A stretch of 49,649 bases of DNA, taken from NCBI GenBank assembly GCA_045643185.1, contig JAZUKH010000083.1, positions 1-49,649 of the forward strand, given 5' to 3'. Positions 30,301 through 38,735 of the stretch are shown in pieces (the stretch's first letter is position 1; each line of letters starts with the position of its first letter). The notes beneath the pieces are model-generated. The model made no database searches, had not been told where the DNA came from, and saw only the letters and a program-made list of their open reading frames with translations. The stretch is from Myxococcota bacterium. Its GTDB lineage: Bacteria > Myxococcota_A > Bradymonadia > UBA4248. The position numbers were made by a program, and so were the translations under genes.

Positions 30301-31132
30301 TCCAGATACCAAACCCGACCTCACCCTGTTGTCCGACTTTGCCATTATAATCTTTGATACCGTATTTTGCGTCGCTTTCGTCGGACTTAGAAATTTTGTT
30401 GACGCCACCGACAAAACCATCGACGCGATCGACTTTATAATCAGCCATAGCGACGAAACCAAATTTCGCTGCCGTTAGGTATTTATGTAAAGCCCCGTCG
30501 TTTTTATAACTTTTTTCAAATTCTTCCAAATCGCCATCGAAACCATATTTAAGGTTTCTAACGGTCGTTCGGCTACCACTTTTGGAAGACGTGGTGCAAT
30601 CGTCCCCATCATCTTCAGAATAACCGTAGTTATCACGAGTATTTGTGTTAGAAAAATTTACACAATTTTTACATATATCAACATTATGATAATCACACCT
30701 TCCTTTGCCAGTATAATGTTTTGCACAAACAAAAACGGTTTTGTAGTCGCAGATACCATTGGAGCATTCAAGCACTTGTCTCGGATAACGAGTAACTTTA
30801 TATAAAGTGTTCGCATCTGAACCTATTTTATATTTATTACAGTTATTATTTCCTCTTTCAGAACAAATATTACATGAATTCGTTGGATTATCGTCTTTGG
30901 GCGTCAGCACGGTTCCCGTTAACTGCTGAAGTGCAGACGTAAAACGGGTATTTCCATTATTACCGAAAGACGCGTTCATGGAAGACGAAGTATCGAACGC
31001 GATGAAAACGACGGGCTTGAGGAGACTGTTGACGGAGTCCTGAGCCTGGGCGTCTTGGGGTGCCGCGGCGAGTCCTGCAGAACTGGCGGCGATCATGCAC
31101 ATCAAGTAGGCGAGTGAATTACGTTTATTCAT
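24308..31132 (-). CDS. pilY1: PilY1/PilC-like type IV pilus tip adhesin with vWA domain and large Cys-rich inserts
   Basis: Signal peptide; vWA MIDAS FDTSSSM and AMTDG; PilY1 propeller motifs NDGMLHAF, GEEVWAFMP, TP..ADV, W..ILVGG, YYALDVTDP.KP..LWE, IYVGD..G.L.RID; RBS AAGGAG before 31132. Confidence 0.85.
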   Translation of the reverse strand: MNKRNSLAYLMCMIAASSAGLAAAPQDAQAQDSVNSLLKPVVFIAFDTSSSMNASFGNNGNTRFTSALQQLTGTVLTPKDDNPTNSCNICSERGNNNCNKYKIGSDANTLYKVTRYPRQVLECSNGICDYKTVFVCAKHYTGKGRCDYHNVDICKNCVNFSNTNTRDNYGYSEDDGDDCTTSSKSGSRTTVRNLKYGFDGDLEEFEKSYKNDGALHKYLTAAKFGFVAMADYKVDRVDGFVGGVNKISKSDESDAKYGIKDYNGKVGQQGEVGFGIWNAVINGPSPTIYPTPSDDDEIVRKSNLALINNLRSYTLTSMQTPVTGYLEDLGYMFNNESKVDQGLLKQPKSGTKYSNSSQIEYLTDPQWSCRKKAVIAMTDGSPAQYDRSAKIANGKRVSEMDKVVSSLRQKNSNMTIYSVLYAQGEKDITKFGPGRSTYNKNASDVGVMQCLDNISWDGSKNDCVDGVMNLIAWKGGTCHKYGHIGDLIDPDDKAAFDKYLTAYIKGKYDGDERKVDPCYYNAIEGDALRKSITQILNELSEGYVSKSKMVTTTAVGKQTTKYNSKPTNGWYNIYSGYNVALGAIKRTDLQREAFVCRKGSFEFDKNLSIDMAKKLRTRLEGVQNSAGNYEGGCQSDGNCITNRAIFVGDYSSTSESLTKGRYALYPEIIHISNEKAGQIQYKPDEKSTKLDTYKFFDKNVGFEDALKKTKETYITSGDSAFEDYIISPYECVTNVDCIAKMNAIGDSSALYTCDQGKCIPETNGDYCTSTCSGNQVCLNTQCRDKGGACSKHEDCSDNEVCHLGSCVTGVLNNGDIRDLVSSIPLGTIEYASPVVVPPPSYMYKSTEYMSFKNQYGNRDTMLYMPTNDGMLHAFVLGKNDTDADYHKLFTNSPKLETPSESNQQNEGEEVWAFMPKRVLPKIHELTKFEGTPMINATPVTADVRVPVRDSAGHVTYEWRSILVGGFRDADRGYYALDVTDPEKPEILWEIDHQWQPGTAVDYPPIDEEKVITKDKEAGLIDKYPFLRMGKSYPEAVITNVIVNNVVEPVAIISGGMGKGGDDITGKAVYIVRLKPADKDHLLVKAFNFDTQITGTPAVFPAGFNAIARLIYVGDEKGALHRIDISGDFDDWDQTALNYDGDKVVPIFDPNNIKALNPDNSSYEKMTYKPAVSALTTTGYPDIQIAFGSGDSSNVSIGAQSLNYVAIMVDHYNATDKKYHLNNLYPEATNASTRNLKPLVLVFNPTPGIHSTDGKLQTFETDIGKQLFEIVVSKAVNPHDIENDEINTCQNNGGCDQPQSDGQCPSCCGQGTELCSKNCYEEGALITCNIEANCFQCNGIDDKSGCDASCNSSMCDRTKCQGCDFCPCGNECRNKHDELCASVCDMSGELCREDCGKKLSENQQLCADEVTKCEEQHKAEKDQKVQACKNDCKTRNYDEDISQCVDECKDANQVDENTVWQCRGEGKEYESKNSCIRNCSQDSGKCKQKLGPGSYCVKSVTKEKNWWLFKTESEKMEKWSSKEACENECKHVGKCEYLWDGPFTKKYFCVTEPLNPEGFLSCLVNNIVQEGKDCDYTLCLPKTNTTGDPNKYQSCLTDDYEKKCKQNAIDMCQKACEDIPIESCDDESCENSAMSEYNTCGDACATTQHACDEKCDGEMDICKQACVDDRDKCLEDHFDEQCFKTYTSCLQKLNDLSKIKPEDQDCSRCYNYCKPYDTGFAWKCGEGGGGEDKRIFDGTCVGEEGKNRELDKCGKNDRDASVCRNTVNEKYEADKAKRDAYCGGQDCHTTEYVDWQRCKHSDGSSTQYEFLDCILYCTDEAPADNGVISSSAKHLYSSGCTYQKADASYLNCDNELFRECVDKCDPEAIDVCTDNYISCACDGVQTPDTDDDYTGKKVVCHWPGNELDGQDMTGLCPGDACPCVEHGECNTGGNGTVCKDGSSDHVYDDAHAYQCNENGKCANSECIKTQSFWCEFADNPRYEGKAYTIDNNASCKSMCVLPHYEICTDDCQDNKSEEYCSPLVAKGDCYKSDVAADCAKSCGKCVACAPSDPSAATERWGGPGSRERAAKRDAGGKDDDNLVSIRPRQKLMGAPFTYNFKTYFPTYNAPDLDKDEAQVVCDSGFASIWYADRYIGKSRWSVKTTGVQNQSQFDDVTGSVDHGKEASSFKNKVFANGGFINLGAGTIVYGLSMTTQSTCYDDENKTTSVAAPMLVAQTGMAAGVEGATTNASHKNGTTNKKDITPGQSTDVEVMAINEEAIQAQAQVLSWASVYE

Positions 31133-31333
31133 AAGTATATGCTCCTTCGCGTGCAAACTGGCATTGGCTCAATTTGCGGCGTGTTGTTTATAACGCATTA
31201 GCTTTTGGGGCTTGAACTCGATTTATCACCTTGAACAGGTGACAATACCCCAAAGGGACGTTTTAACGAATTTTGTTCGTTCAAGCAAAGATATTGCAAC
31301 ACAAAAGGTTGAAATATAACAAATTGTGTCATT

Positions 31334-31409
31334 GGCCCTGCCAGGCGAGGGGGTAGCGGCGTATTGGCGAACGCCAATAGCCGCGTAGGGGGAGACTTCC
31401 CCCGCCCAA
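31334..31409 (+). repeat. Family-1 element, copy D (minimal form, no REP)
   Basis: Same flanks; the variable part is reduced to GGCGAACGCC; 7 bp from the kinase stop. Confidence 0.92.
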
Positions 31410-31416
31410 AAGAAAG

Positions 31417-32346
31417 TTATGCAGGGTCAATGATGCATTTTGCGTCTTTTGGAACAACAAACTTGATGGCACCGGGAACGATTTCGGCTGTGAAATCATT
31501 GTTATGAATGATCTCGCCGTCCATTGAAAAGATGAAGTCCTCGGGCGCGGTGACGTGCACGACCTTGCCGCGTTTGTAGTGCATGAATTTTTGGAAGCGT
31601 GGATCGTCGAGGTGCGTGCCTTCTTTGTAGGCATTGCAGGTACGGAAGAATTTTAGATGTGAAATGGCATCCATGCAACAGCACTCGAGCAGGCCGTCGT
31701 TGTTGAGCGAGCGCGGCGCGCAGTGATAGGATCCGCCGACGTATTGCCCGTTACAGAGTGTGCACAACAGAATCTCTTTTTTTTGATTAAGTGGTTCCCC
31801 GTCGACTTCGATGTGGCATTTATGACGCATGCCAATGATGATGCTCACAAGCACGGCAAACGGGTATGCATTGCGGCCACCGATGAGGAATTTTCGTCGA
31901 TTTTGAACGATCATGTTGGCGACACACGAATCGAGTCCAAAGTGGACGGCATTCACCGCGTAACGATCGCCCACACGAATGAGGTCGATACTCTCTTCGG
32001 TACCATTCAGTTGTTTGGTGATGTCGAGAAAGTTGCTCTTGTCGCCGTAATATTTGACGAAATCGTTGCCTGAACCGCACGGGACGCAGCCCACGGCGGC
32101 GAAATCGAAGCCAACGACACCGTTAATGGCCTCGTTGAGTGTGCCGTCGCCGCCACACGCGTAAAAGCGCACAGGCGTCTGATGATCGCGGCAATAGGAC
32201 TTGATATAATTATTCGCGTCATTCGGACCTTTTGTGACATAGATCTCACAGTCAAATTCGTCACGCATCGCGTCGATCTTGGCTTGAATGCTTTTGAGCG
32301 AGTTCTTTTTGCCAGAGGCCGGATTGACGATGAAGATGTGCTTCAT
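31417..32346 (-). CDS. Diacylglycerol-kinase-family (YegS/BmrU-like) lipid kinase
   Basis: FIVNPASG, CGGDGTLNE, PCGSGNDF, NGQYVGG, DG.L, MDGE motifs. Confidence 0.92.
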   Translation of the reverse strand: MKHIFIVNPASGKKNSLKSIQAKIDAMRDEFDCEIYVTKGPNDANNYIKSYCRDHQTPVRFYACGGDGTLNEAINGVVGFDFAAVGCVPCGSGNDFVKYYGDKSNFLDITKQLNGTEESIDLIRVGDRYAVNAVHFGLDSCVANMIVQNRRKFLIGGRNAYPFAVLVSIIIGMRHKCHIEVDGEPLNQKKEILLCTLCNGQYVGGSYHCAPRSLNNDGLLECCCMDAISHLKFFRTCNAYKEGTHLDDPRFQKFMHYKRGKVVHVTAPEDFIFSMDGEIIHNNDFTAEIVPGAIKFVVPKDAKCIIDPA

Positions 32347-32432
32347 GGGTCGTTTATCCTCGTCGTAATGTAATAATGATGACACAAAAAAAGCAGGTCT
32401 TACAACCTGCAAAGCCATGATAGCACAAATAG

Positions 32433-32461
32433 AAAAAAGTGGCGTCCAAAACGGACGCCAC
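32433..32461 (-). terminator. Intrinsic terminator
   Basis: GTGGCGTCC/GGACGCCAC stem with T6 on the minus strand; a second smaller hairpin plus T7 lies at 32386-32410. Confidence 0.7.
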
Positions 32462-32489
32462 GAGATGAGATTGACTGACGCAGAGGGAT

Positions 32490-32852
32490 CTAGTCGCCCA
32501 TGCAGGTGATCCTGCCGTTGTAGCCGCTGCAAACGCCGCCAGGTATTTGCGAGCAACGGACTTCGCCGTTATAGCCGACGCAACCGTAGCCGCAAGCGAT
32601 ATCGCCATTGTAACCAAGGCATTCCGCTTTCTGGTTGGCCCAGAAGGGAGGATCCCAGCATTCGATGTCGCCGTTGTAGCCGAGGCAGGCGCCATTCGGC
32701 GTTTGTGCGCATTGAACGTCGCCATTGTAGCCAACGCAGTCGTAACCGCAGGCAGTCTTGCCGTTGTAATTGAGGCATTCAGCATCAGCAAATGCGCTCG
32801 TGCAAACGAACAAGGACAGAAGCGCAAAACACAAACCGTAAACTTTACTCAT
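32490..32852 (-). CDS. Small secreted Cys-rich repeat protein
   Basis: AAGGAG RBS; signal peptide ending AFA; six C-x-(G/N)-YNG-x3-C repeats. Confidence 0.85.
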   Translation of the reverse strand: MSKVYGLCFALLSLFVCTSAFADAECLNYNGKTACGYDCVGYNGDVQCAQTPNGACLGYNGDIECWDPPFWANQKAECLGYNGDIACGYGCVGYNGEVRCSQIPGGVCSGYNGRITCMGD

Positions 32853-32949
32853 GACGAAACTCCTTATATGATAAGCATTTAGATTCAATTGTCGCTGTGA
32901 GAGCGACCGAACGGGGCGGACTTTAGGCAGGTTGCGTGCCAAGTTTTTT

Positions 32950-34140
32950 ATGTACAAAAAAATTTTTATAGCGAATCGAGCCGATTGTGCGGTTCGTTTG
33001 ATACGTGGCGTTCATGCGTGTGGCGCGCAAGCCGTATTAGCCGTGGCACGAGCCGAGCGTTTAAGGCTTGTCGAGTCGGAGGCGGACGAGGTCGTTGTGA
33101 CGGGAGCCGGTCGCGACGCGTTTATGGACGCGCAAAACCTGATCGCAGCGGCAAAACAACGTCATTGCGAGGCGCTGTTGCCAGGTTGGGGCTTTTTGAG
33201 CGAAGAGGCGGCCTTTGCGCAACAATGTCGCTGCGCCGGTATTCATTTTATCGGCCCCTCCACAACGTCGCTTGCTCTATTTGGTGACAAGCTTGAGACA
33301 CGTCGCCAGCTGAGTGAACGTCTGGCGCTTGTCAATGACGCCGTGTCGTGCGCTGATCCCGAGTTTTTGTCGCGCGTGCGCGCCGGCGGTGACCGAGCGT
33401 GGGCGCTCAAACGCCGTAGCGGTGGCGGCGGCAAAGGCGTTTTTTTGTGCGAAAACACGGCGACGATGCTTGAAACGCTCGCGGCCCAAGTCAAAACGTC
33501 ACGAGCCGACGCGTTTTTTGTGGAACCCTTTGTTCGCGGTCGTCACATTGAGTTTCAGGTGTTTGGCGACGGACGGGGCGAGTCACGCGTGCTCGGCGTG
33601 AGAGATTGTTCAGCGCAGGAACGCTGTCAAAAAGTGATGGAGCGCCACGTGCCACTGGGAGCCGAATCGTGGCTAAGACCGTTCGCCGAGCGTGTCGCGC
33701 GCGTGTTTGGGGAACTCGGCTATTTGAGCTGGGGCACGCTCGAAACGCTCGTCGCCGCTGACGGCTCGATCCATCTGCTCGAGGTGAATCCCCGTTTACA
33801 GGTCGAACACGGGGTCACCGAAATGGCAACGGGCGTCGATCTCGTGCGCGCCGCGCTCGAGATCGCGTGTGGCGAATCGCTCACACGAGCGCTACGCGCC
33901 GACCAAGCCGTCGACAGCGAAGCCGTCGATGTCGTTGAAAACCGGTACTACGCCAAAACGACCGGCCTTGTCGACCTGCCCGTATTTGACGGCTACGCCT
34001 GGCCACATACGCCGTTCGACGACGACCCGAATTATCGTCTCGAAACCGGATATCTGCCCGGCGATATCGTCACTGGCATTTTTGATGGTATGATCGCACG
34101 CGTCATTCGTTTATCAAAAAGATCGGATAATATTGAATAA
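32950..34140 (+). CDS. Divergent biotin carboxylase-like ATP-grasp protein
   Basis: KIFIANR, PGWGFLSE, GGGGKG, RHIEFQV, RDCS.Q, EVNPRLQVEH.VTE motifs; short C-terminus. Confidence 0.85.
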   Translation: MYKKIFIANRADCAVRLIRGVHACGAQAVLAVARAERLRLVESEADEVVVTGAGRDAFMDAQNLIAAAKQRHCEALLPGWGFLSEEAAFAQQCRCAGIHFIGPSTTSLALFGDKLETRRQLSERLALVNDAVSCADPEFLSRVRAGGDRAWALKRRSGGGGKGVFLCENTATMLETLAAQVKTSRADAFFVEPFVRGRHIEFQVFGDGRGESRVLGVRDCSAQERCQKVMERHVPLGAESWLRPFAERVARVFGELGYLSWGTLETLVAADGSIHLLEVNPRLQVEHGVTEMATGVDLVRAALEIACGESLTRALRADQAVDSEAVDVVENRYYAKTTGLVDLPVFDGYAWPHTPFDDDPNYRLETGYLPGDIVTGIFDGMIARVIRLSKRSDNIE

Positions 34141-34286
34141 AACGCGGCCAAATGACGTTAGAAGCACGCCTTTTTTGTGCCTGTGGCCAAGACGCGCTTT
34201 GTCGCAATCTACGCGCTTCCAAAATACGTTGAGGCCATGCGAAATATTCAACGGTTTTTTTAAGACCGACTTTTTTTGAGGAAGAT

Positions 34287-37200
34287 ATGAGCAAATGGTT
34301 TGCCGGCGTCGACGTAGGCGCCGAGACGGTGAAATATGTCATTATTTCGTCAGAGACGTTTGAGATCGTAGATCGTGCGTCGTTTGCGCACCACAAGTGC
34401 ATGGCGGAGTGTCTTGAAAACGTCTTTGAGGTGCTTCGCGCCAAAGGTTGTGTTGGTTGCGCCGTATGTGGTCGCTTTGCGAACCACCTTTCTTTGAAAC
34501 ACTATCCCAAGCGCGCCGTTCAAACGCGTGGTCTGGATCACGAATACGGTTCACGTCCATTGACGTTTATCACAATTGGTTGCAATGGTTTTAGTGTGTT
34601 GGAACGCCGAGGTCACGGCGCGGATATTTTTCGCGAAAACGCGCGCTGTTCGCAAGGTACGGGCAACTTTTTGCGTCAGCTCGTCGAACGCTTCGACATG
34701 GATCTGAGCGAAGCTGACATCAAGTGCGAAAACGTTGAAGAGGCTTGTCCGCTTTCCGGTCGTTGCCCCGTCATTCTGAAGACGGACATGACCCACCTTG
34801 CCAATCGAGGCGAATCCCAGGAACGCATATTGGCCGGTGTTTATGACGCGATCTGTCAGAACGTCGAGGCGCTCGTTAAAACGTCGATGTGCCCGAAAGA
34901 CGTGGTTTTGGCGGGCGGTGTGACGCGTTCGCTACGCATTCGTCGCCATTTTAGCCGATTTTGCGAAAAACATGGTCTGACGCTGTTCGGCACGACCGAA
35001 GTGACACAGTTTTATTTGGAGGCACTGGGCTGCGCGTGTCTAGCCGCCGAACTTGGTGCCGACCCGTTACCAGCCCCTGGCGCGGATCTTTTGCGCACGG
35101 CAGAGGTGGCGCGTTTTGACCGCATTTCGCCGCTTTCCGACTTTTTACCGATGATCAAGCGTCTTCCGGCCGAGCCGATCCGTGTGCTCGAGGCACCCAC
35201 GCGCGTGTATATTGGCTTCGACATCGGTTCGACGGGCTCGAAAGCCGTGGCCGTCGCGGCTGACGGTGACGGGATGCTCGCCGACGTCGTCTGGGAAGGC
35301 TACATCCGCACGAACGGCAACCCCGTCGGCGCCGCCAAGTCGCTCGTTCAGGATTTCGTCGACAAAGGCCTCAACCTGGCTCATGTCGTCGGTTTTGGCG
35401 TCACCGGTTCTGGGCGCGAAATCGTCGGTTCCATGCTCGCCACGTGCTATGGTCAGGACCGCATTTATATTATGAATGAGATCGCAGCACACGCCGAAGG
35501 CGCCCGCACCATCGATCCGCGCGTTGATACGATCTTCGAGATCGGTGGTCAAGACGCGAAGTATATTCGATTGAGCGATGCAAAGATCGTAGATTGTGCC
35601 ATGAACGAGGCTTGTTCCGCCGGCACCGGTTCATTCATCGAAGAACAGGGCAAAAAGTTCAAAGACATCGATTCTTTGACGCAGCTTGCGAACATCGCAT
35701 TGCACGCGCCGTACGGCGTCAGCCTTGGCCAACACTGTTCCGTCTTTATGACCCAGGTCATCGAAGACGCAGTGGCAGCGGGCATTGAGACCCCAGCCAT
35801 TCTTGCCGGTATTTACGACTCGGTGGTGTTGAACTATTTTTACCGCGTCAAAGGCAACCGTTCGGTCGGGAATGTCGTGTTCTGTCAGGGCATGCCGTTT
35901 TCGAGTGAAGCCCTTGCCTGCGCGGTCGTTCGTCAGACCCACGCCGACGTCGTCATTCCACCTAACCCTGGCACGATCGGGGCGTTTGGTATTGCTCGTC
36001 TTGCCCGTAAAAACCGCCCGCTCGACGCGGCCGACGGTGTCGAACTCGCCGAGTTTCTGCGCGCTGAACTGCTCGAACGCAAGACGTTCGTGTGTAATGC
36101 CAACAAGGGCTGCGGCGGCGCGGGTAACCATTGTAAGATCGAAAAGATCAGTGTTCGCATTCACGGTCAGGATCTTCAATTCACCTGGGGTGGCGCGTGT
36201 TCGCTCTGGGATAAGGGCACGCTCGTCAAAAAGCTGCCCGACCTGGCGCCGGACCCATTCCGAGCCCGTGCCGAAGCGATCGACAAAGTGATCGCCGGTC
36301 TTCCGGCGCGCGGTCGCCGCACTGTCGCCATCAGCGAGGAATTTCAGAACAAAACTTTCTTCGTCTTCTTTGCCAGCTTCCTTTATCGCCTCGGTTATGA
36401 CCTCAAAGTCTTTTACAGCGAAGGCATTCAGGATCTCAAACGCGGTCTGGACGAAAGCAACGTTCAATTTTGCGCTCCAATGCAGCATTTTCACGGCATT
36501 GCCAGCCGCATGAACGCGTCTGACGCCGACTTCGTCTTTTTGCCGATGATGCGCAGCGGCAAGTTCGCCAAACAAGAAGCGTATGCGGCGATCTGCCCGG
36601 TCGTTCAGTCGAGTGCCGACATGCTGCGCCACGATCTGCAGATGGATCCCGGACGTATTTTGAGCCCGGTCATCGACCTTGGTCCCGGCAACATCCACAG
36701 CGACGCGTTCAAAAATTCTTGCAGAAAATTTGCGGAACAACTTGATGCATCGAATTTTGAAGAAGTTTTTGAACAAAGTTGCGAAGAGTTCACCAAATTT
36801 GACGAAGGTTTGAAAGAGATCGGCCGCGAAGCGATGGCGTTTGCGAAGGCCTATGCTTTACCCACGATCGTGGTGTTGGGCCGCAATTATACGATCCACA
36901 ACAACGCGCTCAACAGCAACGTGCCAGCACTTTTGCGCACGCAGGGAGCGATGGCGATCCCGGTCGACTGTTATCCCGTCGACGAAGACGAGCCGCTTTA
37001 CACGAACACGTATTGGAGTTACGGCCAGATCAACTTGCGTGCCGCCACACAGGTGCGCCGCACGCCAGGCATTTATGCGTTATGGTGCTCAAACTACGCA
37101 TGCGGACCAGACAGTTTCAACCTGCATTTCTTCCAATTCATTATGTATGGCAAGCCCTACGCGGTCATCGAGACCGACGGTCACTCGGGTGACGCGGGCA

Positions 37201-38546
37201 CCAAGACGCGTATCGAGGCGTTTTTGCACTGCGTGCGCGAATTCGAATCGGGCGCGCCCGTGCGTGAGCCGCAAAACCTTCACAAGCTAGAAAACGAGAA
37301 CCTGCCGCTCGTCGCAGCTAAAAAGCTCGACGCGAAGCTGCTGATTCCCGTGATGGGTGACGACAACAAGATCCTGGCAGCAGGCTTCCGCTCGTTTGGC
37401 GTACGCTGCGAGCCGATGCCGATCCCAACGCGTCGCACGTTGCTGCTCGGTCGTCGTCACACGTCGGGCAAGGAATGTCTGCCGGCGCTCATCACGCTCG
37501 GTGGCCTTCTTGAATATATTGAAGACCATCCCGAAGAAAAGAACATCATCTGGTTTATGCCGCGATCCAATGGCCCGTGCCGACTGGGTTGCTACAATCT
37601 GCTCGACAAGATCGTCATCGACCGCCTTGGACTGGGTGATCGCGTCAAAGTCTGGTCGATGACCGACACTGACTACAGCGAAGGCGTCCCCAAAGACCTG
37701 TTTGTGGCGATCTACACCGGATTTATTGCCACGGACGTGATGATGATGGCGCTTTACGACGTGCGTCCCGTCGAGTCACGCGCCGGAGCAGCCGACGAAA
37801 TCTATCAGCGCCACCTGAACCGCATCATTCACCTGCTCGAAACGTATAAACTTCAACCGATCTGGTCGGCCTACGTCGCCAAAGAAGTTCTTTCACAACA
37901 CTTCTTTGGCATCGCAGACATCGTGCGCGACTGTATGCGCGAAATGGCGGCGATCAAGACGGATAAACGCGTTCCGACGGTGTGTGTCACGGGCGAGATC
38001 TATGTGAGAAACGACCCATTCGCGAATGACTTTTTGATCAAGTCGCTCGAGAAACGGGGTATGCGAGTGCTGTTCTCGCACTTCATTGAGTGGATCGAAT
38101 ACGCAGATGTGATCAACCGCGAGATTCTTGGCACCGCGCGCTCCATGAGCGAGCTTTTGACGTCAGAATTCACGCGTTACATGCTTCGTGCCTTCTACAA
38201 ACCGATGGCCAAAGCACTTGGCTGGAGTGCTCGCCATGACGTGCCGGGCATTTTGGCAACGGCCAAGTCGTATTTGCGTACTGACTTGGTTGGTGAAGAG
38301 ATCCTGACGATCGGCACACCGCTCGAGGCGTATCGCCACGGTCAGATCCAAGGCGTCGTCAGCGTTGGTCCGCTCGAATGCATGCCCAGCAAGATCGCCG
38401 AGTCGCAGTTCTATCACATTGCCGAAAACGAGGGCTTGCCCTCGTTGTGTCTGTCCTTCAACGGTGACCCGATTCCTGATTCAGTACTCGATGATTTCTG
38501 TTTTACGGTGAATCAGAAGTTTCGCGCACAACACGTGAAGGCCTAG
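34287..38546 (+). CDS. CoA-substrate-specific enzyme activase (two BadF/BadG/BcrA/BcrD ATPase domains plus DUF2229-like dehydratase-related regions)
   Basis: GVDVGAETVK, CSQGTG.F, GFDIGSTGSK, EIGGQDAK, MNEACSAGTGSFIE, CGPDSF, G..TRIEAF, ECLP, GPCR.G.Y, GEIYVR, P.ECMP motifs. Confidence 0.9.
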   Translation: MSKWFAGVDVGAETVKYVIISSETFEIVDRASFAHHKCMAECLENVFEVLRAKGCVGCAVCGRFANHLSLKHYPKRAVQTRGLDHEYGSRPLTFITIGCNGFSVLERRGHGADIFRENARCSQGTGNFLRQLVERFDMDLSEADIKCENVEEACPLSGRCPVILKTDMTHLANRGESQERILAGVYDAICQNVEALVKTSMCPKDVVLAGGVTRSLRIRRHFSRFCEKHGLTLFGTTEVTQFYLEALGCACLAAELGADPLPAPGADLLRTAEVARFDRISPLSDFLPMIKRLPAEPIRVLEAPTRVYIGFDIGSTGSKAVAVAADGDGMLADVVWEGYIRTNGNPVGAAKSLVQDFVDKGLNLAHVVGFGVTGSGREIVGSMLATCYGQDRIYIMNEIAAHAEGARTIDPRVDTIFEIGGQDAKYIRLSDAKIVDCAMNEACSAGTGSFIEEQGKKFKDIDSLTQLANIALHAPYGVSLGQHCSVFMTQVIEDAVAAGIETPAILAGIYDSVVLNYFYRVKGNRSVGNVVFCQGMPFSSEALACAVVRQTHADVVIPPNPGTIGAFGIARLARKNRPLDAADGVELAEFLRAELLERKTFVCNANKGCGGAGNHCKIEKISVRIHGQDLQFTWGGACSLWDKGTLVKKLPDLAPDPFRARAEAIDKVIAGLPARGRRTVAISEEFQNKTFFVFFASFLYRLGYDLKVFYSEGIQDLKRGLDESNVQFCAPMQHFHGIASRMNASDADFVFLPMMRSGKFAKQEAYAAICPVVQSSADMLRHDLQMDPGRILSPVIDLGPGNIHSDAFKNSCRKFAEQLDASNFEEVFEQSCEEFTKFDEGLKEIGREAMAFAKAYALPTIVVLGRNYTIHNNALNSNVPALLRTQGAMAIPVDCYPVDEDEPLYTNTYWSYGQINLRAATQVRRTPGIYALWCSNYACGPDSFNLHFFQFIMYGKPYAVIETDGHSGDAGTKTRIEAFLHCVREFESGAPVREPQNLHKLENENLPLVAAKKLDAKLLIPVMGDDNKILAAGFRSFGVRCEPMPIPTRRTLLLGRRHTSGKECLPALITLGGLLEYIEDHPEEKNIIWFMPRSNGPCRLGCYNLLDKIVIDRLGLGDRVKVWSMTDTDYSEGVPKDLFVAIYTGFIATDVMMMALYDVRPVESRAGAADEIYQRHLNRIIHLLETYKLQPIWSAYVAKEVLSQHFFGIADIVRDCMREMAAIKTDKRVPTVCVTGEIYVRNDPFANDFLIKSLEKRGMRVLFSHFIEWIEYADVINREILGTARSMSELLTSEFTRYMLRAFYKPMAKALGWSARHDVPGILATAKSYLRTDLVGEEILTIGTPLEAYRHGQIQGVVSVGPLECMPSKIAESQFYHIAENEGLPSLCLSFNGDPIPDSVLDDFCFTVNQKFRAQHVKA

Positions 38547-38612
38547 CAACGACGCGCCATCCAACCGCGGACCGGCCGGTCCGCGTGTTGTTTGAAAAGG
38601 CACACCGCAAAA

Positions 38613-38717
38613 AAAAGACGCGTATTCGCGAAGCGAATAGCGTCTTTTCAAAACGCGTATCGGCGAAGCCGATAGCGTTTTGCGATCGCCGTATTGGCCG
38701 CAGGCCAATAGGCGTCG
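38613..38717 (+). repeat. Three abutting bulged-G hairpins
   Basis: AAAAGACGC-G-TATTCGC-GAA-GCGAATA-GCGTCTTTT; CAAAACGC-G-TATCGGC-GAA-GCCGATA-GCGTTTTG; CGCC-G-TATTGGCC-GCA-GGCCAATA-GGCG. Confidence 0.9.
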
Positions 38718-38735
38718 CCAGATCAGAAAAAGTAA

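Noticed and set aside
24308-31132. Multiheme cytochrome
   Set aside because: Many CxxC motifs but no repeated CxxCH motifs.
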